Shown: piece after piece, positions 18,695-27,392 of the stretch
How the letters are laid out: each line of letters begins with the position of its first letter
Position numbering within the stretch: the first letter of the stretch is position 1
From: Xylella taiwanensis
GTDB lineage: Bacteria > Pseudomonadota > Gammaproteobacteria > Xanthomonadales > Xanthomonadaceae
NCBI RefSeq assembly: GCF_013177435.1
Contig: NZ_CP053627.1
Location: 960,001 to 992,000 of the forward strand
Length of the DNA stretch: 32,000 nucleotides
Direction of reading: 5' to 3'
Program-made: the position numbers and the translations under genes
The notes under the pieces: model-generated
Database searches by the model: none
The model's input: the letters and a program-made list of their open reading frames with translations, nothing else
Told to the model about the DNA's origin: nothing

Positions 18695-20403
18695 GCGAGG
18701 ACTCCGGGTGATGGCGGAACCGGCGATCGGCGGCAGCGATCAGCCCACCCAGGGCATTCGTGCTGCGCCCAGCCAGATCCAGCGGACGAACGGTTTGTAG
18801 TGTGCCTGAATTACCCATGCTCCATCGCCGCGTGATGCTCCCAGAACAACGTAAACATCGCTGCGCACGGAGACCGGCTTCGGTCATGACTGGGCCACTA
18901 CCGGCATCGCGGCGTTGCTCCGTCGTCAGGGTACGTGGTGGCCGTCCGTCGCGTTGCAAGCTCAACGGCGTGCGGTCAACCAAGGAGTGTAGGCCTTGGT
19001 ATTCGAACAGAGCGTCAAAGCGCAAGGTGATGTGGCCGAGGGTGAGGGCGACTTCGCGTTGCAGGCGGCGTGTTGCAACCAACAGAGCGCCAGTGAATAT
19101 GCCGATTGTGCCAAGACCATGCCCAGCGTACTGGCGTTGGGGCGTGATCGGGTAGTGTGCCAGTGCAACCAGATGCAGCGCAGTGTCCTCAGCAGTACCC
19201 ATGCCGTTGCGGCCACGCTGAGCATGGTTTTCTAACGGTGCCGCGATGCCGGCCAGGCCTGCTGCGGCCAGTGCTAGTGCGGCCCACGGTGTTAGCAGCG
19301 CCAGTGGTTTCGAGGGTTGTTCGCGTTGCCATCGGGTTTTCAGCAACAGGTTGTTGACCAGCAGCAGCATTTTGCGTGAGACCGCTGTAAAGCGTTGCTG
19401 CACATCAATCGTGATAGGGGCCAGCTGCGGCGCACACTGTGCATACAGCAACAATGCACCGCCCAGCAATGTCACCATGAACACCAGAATAAATGCTCCA
19501 CGTACTAGGTCGGTGGTAAAGCTGTGTACCGAGGTCAACACGCCTATGTGTGCACATGTGCCGAGCAGTGCCAATGCAAATGTGGTGCTTGCCAGCAGCA
19601 GCGTCCAGTGCGTGAAGCTGCCGCGTGTGGCGGTGATCGCTGGAGAATGCATGAGTGCCACACTGACCAGCCAAGGCATGAAGCTGGCGTTTTCCACAGG
19701 ATCCCAGAATCACCAGCTTCCCCGACCGAGTGCGTAGTACACCCACCCGCTGCCAAGCGCGATGCCCCGGGGCAGCCGTTCCGATGCGATGTGGCTCCAG
19801 GGCCAGCTTCAGCGTCGCCAGGCTGGATCTATCCGCCTTTCTAGCAGCACCGCGACGGCAAACACGAATGGCACTGCGAAACCGATGTCGCCTGCATATC
19901 ACCGGGGCGGGTGCACCATCATCCCGGGATCCTGCAACAGTGGATTGAGGTCATGACCCTATGACGTGGCAGGTAGCAGACGTGCGCATGGATTGGAGGT
20001 CAATACAATCCATGTGAGGAATCAGCCAGCACGCCAAGCAGACGTGCGCTCAAGCGTTGCTGGGAGTGTGTGCGAATACAAGACAACGGTGGCGGTCCAT
20101 CATGCCAATCGCAACATCCATAACAGTAGCGATCCTTCGTGTGCATCCCCCACGGCGATATAGCGTTAGAACCTTTGGTCGCAGTGAATGGGAGTGCGCG
20201 GCGACATACTGCCCTGAGAAGTTGTTGACGAGGAACGCATGGGTGAGCGGCGTGAATACGCCGGCCACTAAACCCAGGTGAACCTAGGTTGCCGGGCGTG
20301 TGCCGTCCATCCAGTCAACGTGTCCGCGCGCTGCGCCACCCAAGGCAAGCAGTCCCTGCAGCAGAGCGAGGATCAGCAGGATCTGGCCAAATTCAGGCAG
20401 CAT
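18687..20403 (-). pseudogene. ccmF: ccmF (heme lyase/heme-handling subunit) pseudogene
   Basis: Collinear CcmF matches are MLPEFGQILLILALL (ATG at 20403), AHEGSLLLW, and [42 protein letters not shown]. Further downstream are SFTHWTLLL, HSFTTD, MTEAG, and ALGGLIAAADRRFR. In-frame stops lie at 20284-20286 (TAG), 20100-20102 (TGA) and 19710-19712 (TGA, inside the WWD motif). At least one frameshift lies between 20268 and 20160. Confidence 0.9.
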
Positions 20404-20528
20404 GCGGTGTCGTGGTGAATGGGGGTGCAGTGCGTGATTAAGGAGTGCAGCAGGCGTGCCAGCCGTTACGTCAGAGCGTGAATCTGGGGAAGCATGACTA
20501 CCACAACGCTGCGGTGGTGTGGCGCCAT

Positions 20529-20971
20529 TTAAGGCGCTGCTTCTGGGATGGGGGTGTCCAGGATGGTGTGCTGGCGCTGCGTTGTTGGCATCTTGCTGCC
20601 CACTTTCTTTGGTGTATAGGTCTCGTTGTGCTGCGCCAATATGGTTTCGGTAACAAAGACGCCTGCTATATCTGGCCGGTCGCGGTCACCGCTTGGCCTT
20701 CTTAGAAGAGGTCTGGGAGGATGGGGACATAACGCACCTGCAGGGGTGTGTTGCCAGCGGTGACGCTGCAGCGGTTTTCCAGCATACCGCAGGTGCGCTG
20801 CAATGAATCCTTTGCGACCATGCTGCCGCGCCTGAAACGTATCTGTTGGCCGGCGTCGCCACGCAATACGTCCGATGGCATGTACAGATAGGTGAGCGGG
20901 CGTTGCAGCGCCATGATGGTCAGCGTGGTTGCCGCTGCGGCCGTCAGCAGCAGCGGCGGTATGTATTTATC
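20529..20971 (-). pseudogene. ccmE: ccmE (heme chaperone) pseudogene
   Basis: The translation reads ..[72 protein letters not shown], then shifts frame to ..GVFVTETILAQHNETYTPKKV. No start codon remains; a TAG sits where the ATG is expected. A TAA at 20702-20704 replaces the Arg of LPDLFREGQ. At least one frameshift is present. Confidence 0.85.
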
Positions 20972-21143
20972 CTATGAGTGTGTTGTCGATAGCAGGCGTG
21001 TTGTGGCGCTCGCGTAGACGATGCTGTTCCATCTGGGCACGTCGCTGTGCAGTGCGTCGTTGCCGGCGTACTGCGAGCAAATCCCACAGCAGGATGAGCA
21101 CGAATACGGCATAAGCGCCGATGACATAGGGTAGGTGGGTCAT
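20967..21143 (-). CDS. ccmD: Heme exporter protein CcmD (58 aa), apparently intact
   Basis: Below the size cut-off of the ORF track. Translated by hand: MTHLPYVIGAYAVFVLILLWDLLAVRRQRRTAQRRAQMEQHRLRERHNTPAIDNTLIG*. It has a single TM helix and a basic tail typical of CcmD. Its ATG overlaps the ccmC stop (TGATG). Confidence 0.65.
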   Translation of the reverse strand: MTHLPYVIGAYAVFVLILLWDLLAVRRQRRTAQRRAQMEQHRLRERHNTPAIDNTLIG

Positions 21144-21505
21144 CACTGCGACTCCAGGCGTTCACTCGCCCAATGTTGGTTGGCATTCGAGTATAGGTTT
21201 TCGGCACGGGTGCGACTGAGCAGCGCGCCAAGGAACCAGCACGTGGTTGTTGCCAGCATCAACCACAACGTGGTCATGTTGTAAATGCTTGATGTGCCTA
21301 GCAGGCGCAGTGCCTGACCCTAGTGCAAAGGATGTGCACGGTTTCGCCTATGTACTGCTCTGGCGGCAATACGACCCTTGCCTGCCAGAGTGCGGGGGCT
21401 ATCAGTGCCAGCACAGTGAAATAGCACGATGGTGCCCAGCGGGCGGCGCACTGATCAAAGGTCGGCGGTGAGCTAAGCCGATGGAGTCCACGGACAAGGC
21501 TGCAT
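21143..21505 (-). pseudogene. ccmC: ccmC pseudogene (N- and C-terminal stubs; central part deleted)
   Basis: ATG at 21505 gives MQP, then a frameshift leads into LVRGLHRLSSPPTFDQCAARWAPSCYFTVLALIAPALWQARVVLPPEQYIGETVHIL. The last 44 codons, MTTLWLMLATTTCWFLGALLSRTRAENLYSNANQHWASERLESQ*, are in the original frame. The total is 363 nt against roughly 750 nt for intact ccmC. I could not find the WWD motif region. Confidence 0.8.
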
Positions 21506-21518
21506 CAACAACGGTTCT

Positions 21519-22213
21519 TTAACTGAGTGAGATACGGATTGCGGTGGTGGCTGTCAGTGGTGCCAGCACCACACCCAGAGCCAAGCCGGTGCCAAGGAGT
21601 AACAGCGCACTCGTACCGTCCTGGTCTTGCACGGTGGCGGTGATGCTGCCGCTACCGAACACGAGTACCGGGAGGTAAAGCGGTCAGGCCAGCAGTGCGA
21701 CGAGGATGCCAGTGCGTTGCATCGTGACGGTCAGTGCGGCGACGACAGTGCCGAGCAGGCTCAGGAGCGGCGTGCCCAATGCCAACGATGCTAGCAATAT
21801 GGGCAGTTGTTCCTGGGGTCGTCGTAGCAATGTGCCAGTCACGGGGTGATGGCGATCAGCGGTAGCACACTGGCTGTCCAGTGGCATGCCACCCGCACGG
21901 TGATCAGCCAGGTCAGTGGGACGGGTGAGAGCAGCCATTGTTCTATGGTGCTGTCCTCAACGTCGGCGCTGAACAACGTATCCAGCGACACCAAGCCTGC
22001 GAGTAGAGCAGCGATCCACAGCACTGTTGGGGCCGGGTGTGCCAGTGACTGTGGCTTTGCACCAAGGCCGAGGGCGAACAGTATCGCCATCAACAGTGCA
22101 AATAATATGGGTTGCACGGCATTGGTGCGCTGACGTCACAGCAGGCACAGTGCTCGGGTGACGATGGTAGATGAGGTGTGCCGGGTGCATAGGTCGGGGA
22201 TAGGCGCGCTCAT
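21519..22213 (-). pseudogene. ccmB: ccmB (heme exporter permease) pseudogene
   Basis: Full-length collinear match: ..IVTRALCLL*RQRTNAVQPILFALLMAILFALGLGAKPQ..LWIAALLAGLVSLDTLF..STIEQWLLSPVP.., a frameshift near 21845, then ..LASLALGTPLLSLLGTVVAALTVTMQRTGILVALLA*PLYLPVLVFG..AIRISLS*. In-frame TGA codons lie at 22136-22138 and 21684-21686. Confidence 0.88.
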
Positions 22214-22233
22214 GTGGCTTTCTCTAAGTGCTC

Positions 22234-22853
22234 TCAGTGAATCAGGTGGGTGGGCACTGGAAGTGTGGGATGAGCATCGGGTGTGGTGAGGAGTGCGCCG
22301 CCTCCGTTGTGAAGGTGTACAAAGATCATGTGGTTGACGAGGGTGATGCCATCCGGATCCAGGTGGGCGTAGGGTTCGTCTAACAGCCACAACGGTGTTG
22401 GTGATAGCCACAGTCGGGTAAGTATGAGGCGCTTTTTCTGACCGGCTGGCAGTTGCTGGATCAGTGTCTCTCCGTCGTTTGCCAGACCGACGGGGGCGAA
22501 TGCGTCATCTGGTGTCCGTGTGGGGTGGCCGCTGTGCAAGGTGCTCAGCAAGTGCAGATTTTCCAGCGCTGACAGGTCATGTTTCAGTCCTGGGAGGTGG
22601 CTCATGTAGGCGATGAAGTGGCGGCCTTCCGTAGCTGTGGTGTGTTGTCTGTTGCTCTTGATGTACCCGTGATCGCTGGGCCGGAGCCCGGCTAGGGTGG
22701 TTTTACCGATCCCGTTGATTCCCTCTGTATGACGATGGCTGCACCAGCCTTGATGTGGACATCGCGTGGGCTGAGGATGGGTGTTGCGTTGTGCGAGTCG
22801 GTCATGGGATGCGCAGCCAGCAGGGGTGGTGCGGAGGATGGTAGATCGATCAT
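22234..22853 (-). pseudogene. ccmA: ccmA (heme exporter ATPase) pseudogene
   Basis: MIDLPSSAPPLLAAHPMTDSHNATPILSPRDVHIKAGAAIVIQ is followed by a frameshift at about 22725. It resumes at the P-loop GINGIGKTTLAGL, with LPAGQKKRL where LSGGQ is expected, then Walker B LWLLDEPYAHLD and GGGALLTTP*. The length of 620 nt is not a multiple of 3. Confidence 0.85.
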
Positions 22854-23021
22854 CGGGTGGTGGGATTGAAAAACACGGGGCATGCGGTGTATCGCGGCAT
22901 GGGGATGGTATAGGGGCGGCGGCGATACGCACGGTGCGTTTTGCAGCACATGCGGCCGTACCATGATGCACATTCAGTACACTCGTCGCTCTTACATATT
23001 CCGACGAGATACGCACCCGTC

Positions 23022-24170
23022 ATGCAGATCACGACGAAGTTACCTGGTGTGGGGACTACTGTATTCAGCGTGATGTCGCAGTTGGCAGATGAGTATGGCG
23101 CGGTCAATTTAGGCCAAGGTTTTCCCGATTTTCCGGTGCCATTGCGGTTGCTGGAGGCGTTGGAGGATGCGGTACGTCAGGGACACAATCAGTACCCGCC
23201 GATGATCGGTGTGGCTGCGTTGCGTCAGGCGATCGCTGCGAAGGTGCTGCGCTGCTACGGTGCGCAGGTGGATGCTGATGTTGAAATCACGGTCACCAGT
23301 GGCGCTACCGAGGCGATTTTCAATGCGATCCATGCGGTGGTGCGGGCTGGCGATGAGGTGATTGTGCTTGATCCAGCGTATGACTGCTATGAGCCGGGGA
23401 TTGTGTTGGCGGGTGCCCGTGCGGTGCATGTGCCATTGGACGCGGTGAACTTTACGGTGGATTGGGAACGGGTGCGTGGGGCGATCACTTCAAAGACTCG
23501 GCTCTTGATCATCAACAGTCCGCATAACCCATCCGGGGCCATGTTTTCAGCCGAGGATATGCGGGCCTTGGCGGCGTTGTTGGATGGCACTGGGATTTTT
23601 CTGCTGTCCGATGAGGTTTACGAGCACATCGTGTTCGATGGGCGTTGCCATGAATCGGTGTTGCGGTGGCCGGAGTTGCGTGCGCGTGCTTGGGTGATTT
23701 CCAGTTGCGGTAAAACGTATCATTGCACCGGATGGAAGATTGGTTACGCGATTGCACCGCCGCTGCTCAGTGCAGAGTTTCGTAAAGTTCATCAATACAA
23801 CACGTTTACCAGCTTTGGCCCGGCACAGCATGCGTTTGCCGTGATGATGCGCGAGCAGCCCGGGTACGAGGAGCAGCTTGGCTTGTTCTATCAGGCGAGG
23901 CGCGATTGTTTCCGTGAGCAGTTGCTGACAACGAAGTTGACGCCGCTACCGGTGTCGGGTGGTTATTTTCAGTTGGTTGATTACGCAGCGGTCAGTGATG
24001 GGTCGGATGTGGAATTTTCGAGATGGTTGGCTGTGGAGAAAGGGGTGGTCTCGATTCCGTTATCGCCGTTTTATGAGAGTGTTCCAGCCGGTCAACGTTT
24101 GGTACGGCTGTGTTTTGCTAAACATGACATGACTTTGGCGGCGGCGGTCGAGCGGTTGCAACGGCTTTGA
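23022..24170 (+). CDS. ybdL: PLP-dependent aminotransferase, YbdL type (methionine/glutamine-oxo-acid transaminase)
   Basis: 382 aa counted from the ATG at 23022. It aligns end to end with E. coli YbdL from memory: LPGVGTTVFSVMSQLA..NLGQGFPDF, NQYPPM, NSPHNPSG, the PLP-lysine context SCGKTYHCTGWKIGY, and RLCFAKHDMTLAAAVERLQRL. Confidence 0.88.
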   Translation: MQITTKLPGVGTTVFSVMSQLADEYGAVNLGQGFPDFPVPLRLLEALEDAVRQGHNQYPPMIGVAALRQAIAAKVLRCYGAQVDADVEITVTSGATEAIFNAIHAVVRAGDEVIVLDPAYDCYEPGIVLAGARAVHVPLDAVNFTVDWERVRGAITSKTRLLIINSPHNPSGAMFSAEDMRALAALLDGTGIFLLSDEVYEHIVFDGRCHESVLRWPELRARAWVISSCGKTYHCTGWKIGYAIAPPLLSAEFRKVHQYNTFTSFGPAQHAFAVMMREQPGYEEQLGLFYQARRDCFREQLLTTKLTPLPVSGGYFQLVDYAAVSDGSDVEFSRWLAVEKGVVSIPLSPFYESVPAGQRLVRLCFAKHDMTLAAAVERLQRL

Positions 24171-24183
24171 TTGGGAGGACAGC

Positions 24184-24999
24184 ATGCAGGATTTGCGTAT
24201 CACGCTTGTCCAGGGCAATACCCGGTGGCATGACCCGGTTGGTAACCGTCGTTACTATGGTGCTCTGTTAGCTCCTCTGGCGGGCGTCACTGATGTGGCG
24301 GTGTTGCCGGAGACCTTCACCAGTGGTTTTTCTAACGATGCCATTGAGGGTGTCGAGGGGATGGATGGTCCGACGGTCGCTTGGATCCTTGAGCAGGCGG
24401 TGTCTCTGGGGGCTGTGGTGACGGGAAGTGTGCAGCTGCGTACGTCTGAGGGCGTGTTCAATCGGTTGTTATGGGCTGCTCCGGATGGAACGTTGCAGAC
24501 TTACGATAAGCGTCACCTCTTCCGCTATGCGAACGAGCAGCAGCGTTATGTTGCTGGGTGTAAGCGCTTGGTTGTGGAATGGAAGGGGTGGAGGATCAAT
24601 CCGCAGATCTGCTATGACTTGCGCTTTCCGGTGTTCTGCCGCAATCGCTATGACGTCGAGCGTGTTGGTCAGCTTGATTTTGATGTGCAACTGTTTGTTG
24701 CTAATTGGCCGGCGGTGCGGGCTGATGCTTGGAGAACTTTGCTGCGTGCCCGGGCGATCGAGAACCTGTGCTACGTCGTTGGGGTCAATCGGGTGGGGGT
24801 GGATGGTAATCAGTTGCACTATGCCGGGGACAGTGCGGTGATCGATGTTTTTGGTCAGCCGCAATTGGAGATCCACGGGCGTGAACAGGTGGTGACTACG
24901 ACAATGTCTGCACAGGTGCTGGTAGAACACCGTGCGTGTTTCCCGGCAATGCTGGATGCGGATGCATTTGCATTGGAAAGGCCCGGTGTTGATCGGTGA
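24184..24999 (+). CDS. yafV: Carbon-nitrogen hydrolase, omega-amidase (YafV/Nit2 type)
   Basis: 271 aa. The catalytic triad contexts are LPETFTSGF (Glu), YDKRHLFR (Lys) and ICYDLRFPV (Cys). The protein resembles E. coli YafV throughout. Confidence 0.88.
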   Translation: MQDLRITLVQGNTRWHDPVGNRRYYGALLAPLAGVTDVAVLPETFTSGFSNDAIEGVEGMDGPTVAWILEQAVSLGAVVTGSVQLRTSEGVFNRLLWAAPDGTLQTYDKRHLFRYANEQQRYVAGCKRLVVEWKGWRINPQICYDLRFPVFCRNRYDVERVGQLDFDVQLFVANWPAVRADAWRTLLRARAIENLCYVVGVNRVGVDGNQLHYAGDSAVIDVFGQPQLEIHGREQVVTTTMSAQVLVEHRACFPAMLDADAFALERPGVDR

Positions 25000-25088
25000 T
25001 CAATTGCTGAATGGGCACTTGTGCGTATCTCATCTCCAAGGTGGATGCGCTGTTACAGTCAGCGCCATTGTCCATTGGAATACCGATC

Positions 25089-25598
25089 ATGCATCTCAAG
25101 TATTGGGCCATGGCCGCGGCCTTGAGCGCGGTTTTATTGACGCCGCAGGCCAAAGCGGTAGAAGACATGGGTTGTAAGTTGCGCTTTAACTTGGCGGGTT
25201 GGTCGGTGTTCTATAAGACGGCGAGCGGCATTGGTACGGTGACATGCGCTAATGGCATGGTGGTTCCAGTCACGATTAGCGCTAAGGGGGGGGGGCTGAC
25301 TTTTGGTAAGTACAAGTTCATCGGTGGTAAAGGCAAGTTTTTTGGGATCTACAACATCAAGGATGTGTTCGGCACCTATGGTGGCGCAGAGGCGCATATC
25401 GGCATTGTTAAATCTGGTGGTATCCAGTTGGTGACTAAGGGGGATGCGTCGTTGTCCCTGGGCGGGACTGGTAGTGGTATTGATGTTGGTATCGGTTTTG
25501 GCAATTTCGTCATTAAACCGCGCCAATCCGTCCAAAGTAATGTTGTACGGCGTGTGCAGCCGCGCCCGTCAGTCGCGGGTTGCAAGCCGAATACCTGA
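25089..25598 (+). CDS. Secreted hypothetical protein (Gly-rich, probably beta-rich)
   Basis: ATG at 25089 gives the signal peptide MHLKYWAMAAALSAVLLTPQAKA|VED. The mature part has repeated G-x-G/FG segments. I recognise no family. It contains an in-frame G10 tract. Confidence 0.6.
   Translation: MHLKYWAMAAALSAVLLTPQAKAVEDMGCKLRFNLAGWSVFYKTASGIGTVTCANGMVVPVTISAKGGGLTFGKYKFIGGKGKFFGIYNIKDVFGTYGGAEAHIGIVKSGGIQLVTKGDASLSLGGTGSGIDVGIGFGNFVIKPRQSVQSNVVRRVQPRPSVAGCKPNT
25286..25295 (+). repeat. Homopolymeric G10 tract inside the secreted-protein CDS
   Basis: Counted directly as aag ggg ggg ggg ctg, encoding K-G-G-G-L. It is the longest homopolymer I saw in the window. Confidence 0.95.
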
Positions 25599-25973
25599 TG
25601 ATCGCGTTAGGATCACTGTCGCGTGATGATTGACGGACATGAGGGCGGAGTCGCTGTTGTTAGGTGCGGTGCGCCGCTATAGCGATTTTCCCGTGGGTGG
25701 TTTTCCTGATCGATGCGATCAATTGCCATGAGCAGCTTTAATGCCGCCCCTCCTGGGCTTACATGGTTGTCAGTGTGTTCGCACGTGTAGAGGGGCATGG
25801 TGATCAGGCAGGATGTGCAGGCGCTCCAGGTACTTTGGCTTCATTGATCCGCATTGATCTTTCGGAATGTAAAGTCATGCGGCGGTGATTGATTATGGTT
25901 TCAAGCGTTTGCAACCGAGGGGAGTGGTGGTGAATACGTGGGATGTTGCAGCGGCACTAGGAGCATTGAACGA

Positions 25974-27392
25974 TTACGGGGATCTTGGCCGCCGATTGCG
26001 GTTGTATTTGCTACCGCTGTTGTTGGGTTGGCCTACGATGCCTCCTCTCGGACCAGTGTTGCCGTAGGGGCTGAAGCTTGGAGTCGCGTGGTCGGAGGGG
26101 AAGTTAGGTGCATTGTTGGCGTATTTGTATGGGGGCTTGCGTCCTTGTTGTCCAGGAGTGTTGTAGGGGCTTGGGCTTTTTTTGTTGGAGCCGGCACCAG
26201 CGTTGCGGTGGTTACGGGGGCCGGTGCTGACACCTTCGGGGACGTACCAGCTGTGGAACGTTGCCGGGTTGCCTTCCGATAGCGAATGGTCGCCCTTGGG
26301 CTTGTAGTGTTTGAAGGGTTTTTGTGCTTGTTTGGCGGCGACTTCCCCACTGACGGTCAGCCTATCTTTGAAATGGTTCTTACCTTGGCCGCGACCTCGG
26401 TCATCACGCAGGGTGTCGAAGCGACGCAGCTCACGGCTTTCATCGGCGGTGCTGTGGTTGTTGAGGTAGGCATATCTGCTGTTGTCGTTGCGATTCACGT
26501 GCAGTGTGGATTTGGTTGAACGGCGTTGGCCGATGACCGGTTGCAAGGTGAGTGCTAACGGCATGTCTTTTTCGAGTTTCAGTTGGGTACGCAGTGCTTC
26601 CACTTGCGTCTTGGTGAGTTCGGTCGACTGGCCCCGCAGTAGTTCGCGTGGTAGGAGTACAGAACCATAACGGGTACGTTTGAGGCGGCTGACCTGGCAG
26701 CCTTGCGATTCCCAAAGCCGGCGTACTTCGCGGTTGCGGCCTTCTTTGACCACAACACGAAACCAGTCGTGTGAATCGGTGTTGCCGATTCGTTCGATAG
26801 TGTCGAATTTTGCTGTGCCGTCTTCTAGCACGACGCCGCGTGTCAATTGTTCGACCAGGTCGTCTCGCACATGTTCTTCTCCCTCGGGGGAGCGCACGCG
26901 TACGACGTATTCGCGTTCGATTTCGGATGAGGGGTGCATCATCACATTGGCGAGTTCACCGTCGGTAGTGAGCAGCAGCAGGCCAGTGGTATTGATATCC
27001 AAGCGGCCAATGGCGATCCAACGCGCACCTTTGAGTGTGGGTAGGGCTTCGAACACAGTGGGGCGTCCCTCTGGATCCTCGCGCGTGGTCACTTCGCCTT
27101 CGGGCTTGTTGTAGATCAACACGCGTGCTGGCTCGGTGAGTGCACTGGCGACGAAGCTGCGGCCGTCCAGTTCGATTTTGTCACCGTTTTTGACGGACAT
27201 GCCGATCTGTGCAATTTCGCCATTAACCTTGATCAGTCCGTTGGCGATGCGTTGTTCCAGTGCACGGCGCGAACCCAGACCAGCCTGGGCAAGAACCTTG
27301 TGGAGGCGCTCCTCCAATTTTGGTACTTCGGTGGCTGTCTCGCGTTTGAGTGAAAGTGTGTTCGATGGCGGTTTATGTGGGGTATTACTCAT
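25974..27392 (-). CDS. rluB: 23S rRNA pseudouridine synthase RluB with a long basic C-terminal extension
   Basis: The S4 domain (RLHKVLAQAGLGSRRALEQRI) and catalytic block (GRLDINTTGLLLLTTDGELAN, REYVVRV) occupy about the first 285 aa. Roughly 185 further residues are rich in K/R/N/G/P/Y. The ATG overlaps the scpB stop (ATGA at 27389-27392). Confidence 0.88.
   Translation of the reverse strand: MSNTPHKPPSNTLSLKRETATEVPKLEERLHKVLAQAGLGSRRALEQRIANGLIKVNGEIAQIGMSVKNGDKIELDGRSFVASALTEPARVLIYNKPEGEVTTREDPEGRPTVFEALPTLKGARWIAIGRLDINTTGLLLLTTDGELANVMMHPSSEIEREYVVRVRSPEGEEHVRDDLVEQLTRGVVLEDGTAKFDTIERIGNTDSHDWFRVVVKEGRNREVRRLWESQGCQVSRLKRTRYGSVLLPRELLRGQSTELTKTQVEALRTQLKLEKDMPLALTLQPVIGQRRSTKSTLHVNRNDNSRYAYLNNHSTADESRELRRFDTLRDDRGRGQGKNHFKDRLTVSGEVAAKQAQKPFKHYKPKGDHSLSEGNPATFHSWYVPEGVSTGPRNHRNAGAGSNKKSPSPYNTPGQQGRKPPYKYANNAPNFPSDHATPSFSPYGNTGPRGGIVGQPNNSGSKYNRNRRPRSP

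Noticed and set aside
18687-22853. The in-frame TGA codons in ccmB and ccmF might represent recoding (Sec, or Trp reassignment) rather than inactivation.
   Set aside because: Intact neighbouring genes (mltG, holB, ccmG, scpA, scpB) terminate on TGA. The same ccm genes also carry TAA and TAG stops, frameshifts and deletions. I saw no SECIS-like context.
25938-26350. Alternative-frame ORFs in the rluB tail region (25938-26282 on the plus strand, 26033-26350 on the minus strand).
   Set aside because: They lie within the low-complexity 3' part of rluB, whose own frame is continuous with the catalytic domain. Repetitive composition keeps several frames open.
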